Part shown: in pieces, positions 56,248-64,000 of the stretch
How the letters are laid out: the number at the start of each line of letters is the position of its first letter
Position numbering within the stretch: the first letter of the stretch is position 1
NCBI GenBank assembly: GCA_963792965.1
Contig: CAWBYW010000030.1
Span: 32,001 to 96,000 of the forward strand
Origin: an uncultured delta proteobacterium
Lineage (GTDB): Bacteria > Desulfobacterota > Zymogenia > Zymogenales > Zymogenaceae
Reading direction: 5' to 3'
DNA length: 64,000 nt
Notes under the pieces: generated by a model
What the model was told of the DNA's origin: nothing
Databases searched by the model: none
What the model saw: the letters and a program-made list of their open reading frames with translations, nothing else
Translations under genes and position numbers: made by a program

Positions 56248-59172
56248 CTATCCGTAGGCCTCTTCCTTTCCGTGGCACTTCTTATATTTCTTGCCGCTTC
56301 CGCAGGGACAGGGGTCGTTCCGACCGACCTTTGGCGTCTCCCGCACGACCGGCTTCTGCTTCTCTCCGGGGGGACGGGAGGCCGCCGGTGGATAGCCGCG
56401 GGGGGCCTCCCCTTCGGGGGTCTGTTCGGCGGCAGGTCCCGTAAATTCCCGGTGGACCAGCGTGAGCCGATCCTGCGCCGCCCGCGCGGCCGCCGTATCG
56501 TCTCGGGCGATCTGGACCCGGAAGAGCTTGGCAAGCACCTCCCCCTTCACGTTCTCGCCCATTTCCACGAAGAGGTCGTATCCCTCCTTCTGGTACTCGA
56601 TAAGGGGGTTACGCTGTCCGTAGGCGCGCAGCCCGATCCCCTCTTTCAATTGATCCATCGCCTCCAGGTGATCCTGCCACGCCTCGTCGAGAACCCGGAG
56701 CATGAGGATCCTCTCCAGCCGCCGCATGAGGGGCTCTCCGATGTGCTCCTCCTTGGCCTTGTATATAGAAACGACCTTGTCCAGCAGCCACTCGGAAAAT
56801 TCGAGCTGGCCCATCTCGGCAAGGCCGGGCTCGGAGAAATTGAGCGGGATTGAAAAGTAACGCATGACCGTCTCGGCGATCCCGATGGTATCCCAGTCCT
56901 CGAGGAAGCCCTTCTCGGAGGTGTAGGTATAGACGATCTCGTCGACCTTCTCCTCGATCATCTCCATGATATCTTCTTTGATATCTTCGTCGGAGAGTAT
57001 CTCCCGTCGGCGGGCGTAGATGACCTCCCGCTGCTTGTTCATCACGTCGTCGTACTCGAGCAGGGTCTTCCGGATGGAAAAGTTGTTGCTCTCCACCTTC
57101 TTCTGGGCGTTTTCTATGGCCCGCGTGAGCAGGGAGTGCTCGATGGCTTCGCCCTCCTCCATGCCGAGCCGATCCATCACCGACATGATCCGGTCGGCCC
57201 CGAAGATCCTCAAGAGGTCGTCCTCGAGTGACAGATAGAACTGGGACGACCCGGGGTCTCCCTGGCGGCCCGAGCGGCCGCGCAGCTGGTTGTCGATGCG
57301 GCGGCTCTCGTGCCGCTCGGTTCCGATGATGTGGAGCCCGCCGAGGGTCGGCACGCTCTCGCCGAGGACGATATCGGTGCCGCGTCCGGCCATATTGGTC
57401 GCGATCGTGACGTTCTTGGCCTGCCCCGCCAGGGCCACGATCTCGGCCTCCCGCTCGTGGTGCTTGGCGTTGAGGACCTGGTGGTTGATCTTCCTCATCT
57501 TAAGGAGCCGGGAGAGCTTCTCGGACTTATCGATGGAGGTAGTGCCGACCAGCACCGGACGTCCCTCCTCAAAGAGCTCGGTGACCTTGTTTGCGACCGC
57601 CAGGAACTTGGCGTTCTCGGTCTTGTAGATCAGGTCGGGATACTCCGACCTCCTGAGGGGCCGGTTGGCCGGGATGACCATGACGGGGAGTTTATAGACC
57701 TTATAGAACTCCTCCGCCTCGGTTTCGGCGGTGCCGGTCATGCCCGCCAGCTTCTCGTACATCCTGAAGTAGTTCTGAAGCGTGATCGTCGCCACGGTCT
57801 TCGTGGCCTTGGCGATGGTCACTTCCTCCTTGGCCTCCAGCGCCTGGTGCAGGCCGTCGCTGTAGCGCCGCCCCGGCATCATCCTCCCCGTAAACTGGTC
57901 GACAATGATCACCTCGCCGTTATTGACGACGTAATCGACGTCGGCTTCGAAAAGCGTATAGGCCTTCAACAGCTGGCCGAGGTTGTGGATCTTCTCCGTC
58001 TTGTCCTCATGCAGGGCCCCTTCTTCCCGCTTCTTCTCTTCCTTCTGCGACGGTGAGAGACTCTCGTCCTGCTCGATCTTGATATATTCTTCGTTAATGT
58101 CTCCGAGGTCGAACAGGTCCCCGACCGCCGATCGGATGATGGCCTGTCCCTCCTCGGTAAAGGAGACGTTGTGCTCTTTATCCGAGAAGATATAGAGGAG
58201 GCCCTCCTCGAACTCGGGCGTCCGTTTGTCCCGCATATAGATGCTCTCCCACTGGGTCATCGCCCGCTTGACCTCCTTGTGGTCGGCAATGTACTTGAGG
58301 AGCCGCTTGTTCTTCGGATCACCCCTCTCGACCCGGAGGAGGTTGGTCATCATCGTCTCCTCGTTGTCGTTCTTATCGGCCTCCATCGCCTTGGAAAAGA
58401 GGGTAGCCATGAGGTCTTTCTGCCGGGAGACGAGCCGCTTGATGAGGGGCTTGAGCTGATCGTACTGGTGCAGGTCCACGTCCACCTGGCTGGAGATGAT
58501 GAGGGGGGTCCTCGCCTCATCGATAAGGATGGAGTCCACCTCGTCGACGATGGCAAAGTGGAGCTCGCGCTGGACATAATCCGCGAGCTCGTACTTCATG
58601 TTATCCCGGAGGTAGTCAAAGCCGAACTCATTGTTTGTCCCGTAGACGACGTCGGAGGCGTACGCGATCTTACGTTCGGCGTCGTCCATGTCGTGGAGGA
58701 TGACGCCGACCGAGAGTCCGAGGAACTCGAAGATCCGTCCCATCCAGAGCCGGTCGCGCCTGGCCAGATAGTCGTTGACGGTGACGATATGGACGCCCTT
58801 TCCGGTCAGCGCGTTGAGGTAGGCCGCCAGCGTCGCAACGAGGGTCTTGCCCTCGCCGGTCTTCATCTCGGCGATCTTGCCTTCGTGCAAAACGACCCCG
58901 CCGATGAGCTGGACATCGAAGTGTCTGAGCCCGATCGTCCTGCGGGAGGCTTCCCGAACCGCCGCAAACGCCTCGGGGAGGAGATCGTCGGGCTCCTCAC
59001 CTTCCGCGAGCCTTTTCTTGAACTCGTCCGTCTTATTCCTGAGCTCATCGTCGGACAGCGCCATCATGCGTCCCTCGAGCTCATTGATCTCGTCGACGAT
59101 CGGGATGATCCGCTCGATCTCCCGCTCATTCTTCGAACCGAAAACCTTTTGCAAAAGGTCAATTATCGGCAT
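56248..59172 (-). CDS. secA: Preprotein translocase ATPase SecA
   Basis: [50 protein letters not shown] and SEC-C motif [13 protein letters not shown]. Confidence 0.98.
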   Translation of the reverse strand: MPIIDLLQKVFGSKNEREIERIIPIVDEINELEGRMMALSDDELRNKTDEFKKRLAEGEEPDDLLPEAFAAVREASRRTIGLRHFDVQLIGGVVLHEGKIAEMKTGEGKTLVATLAAYLNALTGKGVHIVTVNDYLARRDRLWMGRIFEFLGLSVGVILHDMDDAERKIAYASDVVYGTNNEFGFDYLRDNMKYELADYVQRELHFAIVDEVDSILIDEARTPLIISSQVDVDLHQYDQLKPLIKRLVSRQKDLMATLFSKAMEADKNDNEETMMTNLLRVERGDPKNKRLLKYIADHKEVKRAMTQWESIYMRDKRTPEFEEGLLYIFSDKEHNVSFTEEGQAIIRSAVGDLFDLGDINEEYIKIEQDESLSPSQKEEKKREEGALHEDKTEKIHNLGQLLKAYTLFEADVDYVVNNGEVIIVDQFTGRMMPGRRYSDGLHQALEAKEEVTIAKATKTVATITLQNYFRMYEKLAGMTGTAETEAEEFYKVYKLPVMVIPANRPLRRSEYPDLIYKTENAKFLAVANKVTELFEEGRPVLVGTTSIDKSEKLSRLLKMRKINHQVLNAKHHEREAEIVALAGQAKNVTIATNMAGRGTDIVLGESVPTLGGLHIIGTERHESRRIDNQLRGRSGRQGDPGSSQFYLSLEDDLLRIFGADRIMSVMDRLGMEEGEAIEHSLLTRAIENAQKKVESNNFSIRKTLLEYDDVMNKQREVIYARRREILSDEDIKEDIMEMIEEKVDEIVYTYTSEKGFLEDWDTIGIAETVMRYFSIPLNFSEPGLAEMGQLEFSEWLLDKVVSIYKAKEEHIGEPLMRRLERILMLRVLDEAWQDHLEAMDQLKEGIGLRAYGQRNPLIEYQKEGYDLFVEMGENVKGEVLAKLFRVQIARDDTAAARAAQDRLTLVHREFTGPAAEQTPEGEAPRGYPPAASRPPGEKQKPVVRETPKVGRNDPCPCGSGKKYKKCHGKEEAYG

Positions 59173-59342
59173 ACTCTGTTCCTTATCATGTCATTTATTT
59201 CTCGTCGCAGGGCGCACGCCCTACAACTAAAACCCCGAAGGAGGTATACTCCATCGGGGTTGTTTATTCTCTCCTTATGAATCTCCCTTTCCCCGCCTTT
59301 TTATCCGTGCCCGGCGCCGTTGCTCCCCCGAAAGATATCCCG

Positions 59343-60260
59343 TCAGTTGAGGATATAGGTGCGCGGGTTGACCGTTACGCCATTGATCCTCACCTCATAG
59401 TGGAGGTGGGGACCGGTGGTGCGGCCCGTCATACCGATCGTTGCGATCTTATCTCCCCGCTTGACCTTGTCTCCCTCCTTGACGAGGATCGTATCAAGGT
59501 GGCCGTATCGGGTCGTGAGCCCGTACCCGTGATCGATGGAGAGAATCTTCCCGTAGCTCCCTTCGATCCCGGTGAAGTTGACGACGCCGTCGGCCGTCGC
59601 GTAGATAGGCGTCCCGACTTTATTGGCGATATCGAGTCCCTCGTGCATCCTCAACGTCTTGGTGTAGGGAGACCTTCGGTACCCGAAGGTTGAGGTGACG
59701 AACCCGCGAGTCGGCCAGATGGAAGGAGTGCGCGCCAACAGGTTCTTCTGATCCTCGAGGAAGCTGAGGAGCTCCTGGAGGTTTTCCTCCTGCTTCTTGG
59801 ATTCCTCCTGGAGGTTTTCGAGGTCTACCTTGATCTCTTTGATCATCGAGTCGTGGCGTTTGTCAAGCTCGGTGACGCTGTTACCCTCCTCAGGTGTCGG
59901 ACCGCCGACCCCGAACACATCGGTACCACCCGTCGGGGTCTCGCCGATGTTGGTAATGATGCGCAGTTTCTCGTCGAACTGCCGTATCTTTTCCATCTCG
60001 GCGTTGAGATCCTCCAGCTTAGAGGCAAATTCCCTGATCTGGTCCTTCTGAACGCGGTTCTCTTCCCTGAGCGAGTTGAGTTCCATGACTTTGAGGCGGA
60101 CGTCAAGGTAATTATAAAGCATGAAGACCGACGCAAGGGCAACTATGCCGGCCACGCCGGCGACGATATAGAGCGCGATGTCCGAGATCTTGAATCTGAG
60201 GACGTTCTGTGCTTTCTGGGGCACGATCATGATCGTGTAATATTTTTTGGGTCTCTTCAT
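59343..60260 (-). CDS. M23 family peptidase (TM, coiled coil, LytM domain)
   Basis: PSIWPTRG, HEGLDIA, YGHL and TGPHLHYEV. Confidence 0.93.
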   Translation of the reverse strand: MKRPKKYYTIMIVPQKAQNVLRFKISDIALYIVAGVAGIVALASVFMLYNYLDVRLKVMELNSLREENRVQKDQIREFASKLEDLNAEMEKIRQFDEKLRIITNIGETPTGGTDVFGVGGPTPEEGNSVTELDKRHDSMIKEIKVDLENLQEESKKQEENLQELLSFLEDQKNLLARTPSIWPTRGFVTSTFGYRRSPYTKTLRMHEGLDIANKVGTPIYATADGVVNFTGIEGSYGKILSIDHGYGLTTRYGHLDTILVKEGDKVKRGDKIATIGMTGRTTGPHLHYEVRINGVTVNPRTYILN

Positions 60261-60366
60261 GGGTTTACCTTATTGGACGTCTGTTAATCTGTCCGCGCGG
60301 CGCATATGTGCTCGATGAAAAGCGGCGCACGCGACAGAAAAGGGGCATATACTACCCCGACTTGTT

Positions 60367-60395
60367 TTTTTATCACGAAAAGGGGCCGATGTCAA
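60367..60395 (-). promoter_or_regulatory. Candidate sigma70 promoter of M23-secA
   Basis: TTGACA-N17-TAAAAA. Confidence 0.45.
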
Positions 60396-60471
60396 GAATA
60401 TTTCATCTCCATCACGCACAGCCGGCCGTTCGCCGACGGACGGGGAATGAGAATGGTCCGGCGATGAGGTC

Positions 60472-61839
60472 TCATGTCCTGTTCAGAATTTCTCCTTTCA
60501 TCTCCCCGACGGTGATCCCCTTCTTCCTGAGCGCATTTCTCATCGCGAGATAGTAAACGATCCCCCCGATCACCAGCACGAAGAAGAACCAGAACATGAT
60601 CGGGTCCGTCTTCCACAGCTCGCCGAAGAGCGCGACGATCGCGACGATAAAAAAGAGGATCCCGATGACGATGCAACCGACCAAAACCGGAGTCGGCACT
60701 TTGAATTTCGAGGCCGCGTACGCCTTCGGCATTTTTTTCTTGAGCATTACCGAGGAGATCAGCACAGGAATAAAGATCACCAGCCCCCCTATTGTCGAAA
60801 AGATCGCAAACGACTTCACCGGGACCCCGCTCAACACCGCGATGACGGAGAGCACCCAGATGACCGTCAGCATATTGATCGGCGTCCCGAACCGTTTGTT
60901 GACCCGCGTGAGGGCCTCGGGCAACAGCCCGTCCCTCCCCACGATCATGAGGGACTTTGTCCCCCACATGAAGGTGGCGTTAAGGGTCGTCGCGATGGCC
61001 AGCACCGCCCCGCCGACGACGAAGAAATTGAGCATGATCGGCGAAAGAAAGGCCTCGGCGGACACGGTCAGCGGCTTGTCCGCGCATGCCTCCCAACCCG
61101 TTACCCCCACGGCAACGAAGCTCATGGCGATGTAGATGACGGCTACCATCGGGATGGAGATGAGAAAGGAGATCGGGATCGTCCTCTCGGGCCGCTTGAT
61201 CTCCCCGCCGAGCTCGATGATGGCGTTTGCCCCCATATAGGGGAACGTTAGGAGCGCCGCCGCCGAGATGACCGAGACCGTCCCCTTAGGCATCATGACC
61301 TGGAAGTTCCCGAAATCGATATGGAAGAACCCAAGCACGATGTAGACCACGAGCGCCACGACCATTACCAGCACCATCACTCCCTGAAACTGTGCCGCGA
61401 AGCGGATTCCGAAGAGGTTTACAGCGTAAAAGAGTGTCAGGACAAGCGCCGAGGCGATCGGCACGTTTATGCCCGGAAGAAAATGCTTGAGGTATTCTAC
61501 CATTGTCATGGCGTAGAGCGGAAAAAAGCCAAGGAAAGCCCCGACGGCGTAGATCCACAGGCCCATGAAGGCCGCCATCGGTGAAAAGAGGCGGGAGGGA
61601 TAGGTGTAGTTGCCGCCCACCGTCGGGACGGCCGCTCCGAGGACCGCCAGTGGAAGCATGAAAAAGGCCACCGGGATCACGGCAAGCGTATAGGCGATGG
61701 GGAGGCCTGCGCCGCACATGCCGATCGCTATCCCCGTCATCGCAAAGACGCCCGCCCCAATCGTCTGTCCTACCTCGATGGCCACCACCTCTCCGAGCCC
61801 GAGCACCCTTTTGAGGCCGAGAACTCCCTCGTCTTTCAT
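60472..61839 (-). CDS. APC-family amino acid permease
   Basis: LKRVLG, GQTIGAGVF, GGEIKRPERTIP and about 12 TM helices. Confidence 0.9.
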   Translation of the reverse strand: MKDEGVLGLKRVLGLGEVVAIEVGQTIGAGVFAMTGIAIGMCGAGLPIAYTLAVIPVAFFMLPLAVLGAAVPTVGGNYTYPSRLFSPMAAFMGLWIYAVGAFLGFFPLYAMTMVEYLKHFLPGINVPIASALVLTLFYAVNLFGIRFAAQFQGVMVLVMVVALVVYIVLGFFHIDFGNFQVMMPKGTVSVISAAALLTFPYMGANAIIELGGEIKRPERTIPISFLISIPMVAVIYIAMSFVAVGVTGWEACADKPLTVSAEAFLSPIMLNFFVVGGAVLAIATTLNATFMWGTKSLMIVGRDGLLPEALTRVNKRFGTPINMLTVIWVLSVIAVLSGVPVKSFAIFSTIGGLVIFIPVLISSVMLKKKMPKAYAASKFKVPTPVLVGCIVIGILFFIVAIVALFGELWKTDPIMFWFFFVLVIGGIVYYLAMRNALRKKGITVGEMKGEILNRT

Positions 61840-61962
61840 AGCAACCTCCCTCGTGGGTAATGGTACTATTTTCGCCCATTTGACGTTCAAAGGTCAAGGA
61901 TAAACCACGGGCGGGCGGGATTTCACGTAACGCCGCCGGATAGTGTGGCCTTCTTTAAAAGC

Positions 61963-61991
61963 TTGACTTATCCGCTCTATTCATATAGCAT
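61963..61991 (+). promoter_or_regulatory. sigma70 promoter of the ftsB operon
   Basis: TTGACT-N17-TAGCAT. Confidence 0.55.
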
Positions 61992-62018
61992 TAATTCAGT
62001 ATCAATATTTCAGTCATT

Positions 62019-62297
62019 ATGAATACCAGACGCATCGTTATCATCACCGCCCTTATCGTGACGCTTGCCGTGTTAATTGTTGCCGCGTTCGGCAAGCGGG
62101 GTATCTTCGCGCTCGCGAGCCTGAGCGACCGGAAGGAAAAGCTCACTACGGAAATCCAGCGGCTGAAATCGCAAAATGAAGGGCTCAGGCAACAGCTCAA
62201 CAGACTGGAGCGACCCGACTACCAGGAGCAAACCATCAGGGCTCAAATGGGAATGGCGCGCGAGGGTGAGGTCATTTATATCTTCACCACAGAGTAG
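62019..62297 (+). CDS. ftsB: Septum formation initiator, FtsB/DivIC family
   Basis: N-terminal TM, FGKRG, leucine zipper and EQTIRAQMGMAREGEVIY. Confidence 0.85.
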   Translation: MNTRRIVIITALIVTLAVLIVAAFGKRGIFALASLSDRKEKLTTEIQRLKSQNEGLRQQLNRLERPDYQEQTIRAQMGMAREGEVIYIFTTE

Positions 62298-62300
62298 ACG

Positions 62301-64000
62301 ATGTTTTGTAACCTGTGCGGGGCCAACATCCCTGACGGCTCCCCCCAGTGCTCCAAATGCAAGAATTTCTTCCCCAGGAACCTCGGCAGCTATTCCTATA
62401 AAGCCGTTCTTACCTCGTTTGCCGACTACAACGCAAAGAAAGAGACCGCAAAATACCTCGCCGCCCACACCCCGAGCGCGAGCCTATCGGAGATCATCAA
62501 GAAGCTCGATTCCGTCCCGCTGATCGTCGCCAAGGAAGTGGACGCCGCAAAGGCGCGAGAGCTTGAACAGACGTTCGCCCGCCTCAGGGCGCGCCTCAGG
62601 TTCGTCCCGGTCTTCAGGAGCGAAGAAGAAAAGCAGCGTCTCATCGCGGACCTCAGAAAGCCGCTCAAGCATTCGTATGTCGAAAATAGGGAGCTCCCGA
62701 TACCGAAATCGGTCGAGCGCCTGGAGACGGAGCCGAAGAAATCCGTCGTCAGCGCGAGGTTTATCCTTATCGCGGTATCGATTCTCCTGTTGGCCGTGAT
62801 CTTCGGTGTGCTGCCCCAGTACTATAAGAGGTTCTACGAAGAGCAAAAGCGAGAGCGGCTCGCACCTTTGAACCCGACGCCCGAATCAGTCGTCCCATCC
62901 CCGAAGAAAACCGGCGACGTCGAAGCGCCGCCCGAGGCCGCAAAGCGAAAGATCCCCGTCATCGTGCCGGAGATCATCCCGAAGCCTCAGGACCCGACGG
63001 CCCAGGAGGGAATCTCCCTCTATCAGAGGGGCCTCTACGCCGAGGCGTTGAAAAAGTTCCTTTCGGCCTTGACGAAGGACCCCCAGGACGAAACCCTCAA
63101 AAAGAATGTTGCCGCCTCCTATCTCGCCCTCGGGCTGGAACAGATCAATAAAGAGAACTTCGAGGACGCCCAGAGCTATATCACTGCGTCTCTCAAATAC
63201 TCGGAGGAATACGAGGCCTATGAGGGCCTCGGATACATCGCCGAAAAGAAAAGCGACTACGCGTCGGCGGAGAAGTACTACAAGAAGGTCCTTCAGCTCA
63301 ACCCCGGCGCGGATGAGGCCATGCTTTCTCTCGGGGTCGTTTACTATTACCAGGAGAGGCTCGACGAATCGCTGACCCTCCTTTCGAAATTTTCTGCAAA
63401 GTATCCGACGAATGAAACCGCGAAATACTATATCGGCAAGATCCAGCGCGAAAATCCGGTCGAGAGCGATCTGGTCACCCGCGAGACGGGACATTTTATC
63501 GTCAAATATGCCGGATCCTCCAAGAACCTCGTCGCCGACTTCATCCTGCCCATGCTCGAGGACGCTTACGCCACCGTCGGCGCAAAACTCGGGTACTACC
63601 CGGACCACAAGATCACCGTGATCCTCTACACGGATCGAAGAATTTACGGCCGCAACCGACCTGCCCGGCTGGGCGGGGGCGGTCTTCGACGGAAAGATCA
63701 GGATACCGATCAAGGGGATCTCCCAGTCGACCGACGATCTCAGGAAAATGATCCTCCATGAATACACCCACGCGGTGGTCTTCGACATCGCCGGCGAGAA
63801 CTGCCCCACCTGGCTCAACGAAGGGCTGGCCCAGATGATGGAGGGAGCGCCGACGGACCAGGCCGACCATCTCGTCATCGATTACATGAACCTCAAGGGG
63901 AAGAACCTTCCGCTCGAGTCCCTGGACGGCAGCTTTACCGACATGCCGGCCGACAGCGCCTATACCGCATATATGATGAGCCTTTCGGCCACGAACTTCC
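62301..64000 (+). CDS. Zn-ribbon/TM/TPR protein with C-terminal peptidase MA-like domain (frameshift ~63635; runs off the window)
   Basis: CNLC..CSKC, a TM helix and TPRs; the shifted frame reads WAGAVFDGKIRIP..ILHEYTHAVV..CPTWLNEGLAQ. Confidence 0.8.

Overview
GC-rich bacterial chromosomal window. Gene order (DUF465-ilvB-ilvC-psd-pssA-leuA, M23-secA-argJ, rpsB-tsf-pyrH-frr-uppS-cdsA-dxr-rseP-tsaB) and the sigma54 signalling genes suggest a Desulfobacterota/deltaproteobacterial genome; this is inference. It is mostly housekeeping genes: addAB-like repair genes, asnS, groES-groEL with a perfect CIRCE, RNase G, truA, asd/leu/ilv, secA and ftsB. Many essential genes carry small frameshifts, best explained as long-read indel errors, so several CDS calls are stitched by eye. 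I found no tRNA, rRNA, CRISPR array or mobile element. The best candidate for an undescribed system is at 3.7-8.1 kb: a PAS histidine kinase and an NtrC-type activator, then two candidate enhancer boxes and a canonical sigma54 promoter ahead of a REC-DUF4388(PATAN)-TPR gene and an MglB-like roadblock gene, with no GTPase nearby. Other leads: an inverted FimV/HubP-like protein next to asd, a Zn-ribbon/TM/TPR/metallopeptidase coupled to ftsB, a SecA with an FCB-type insertion, a deacetylase/acyl-CoA ligase/addAB operon, and a missing ilvN.
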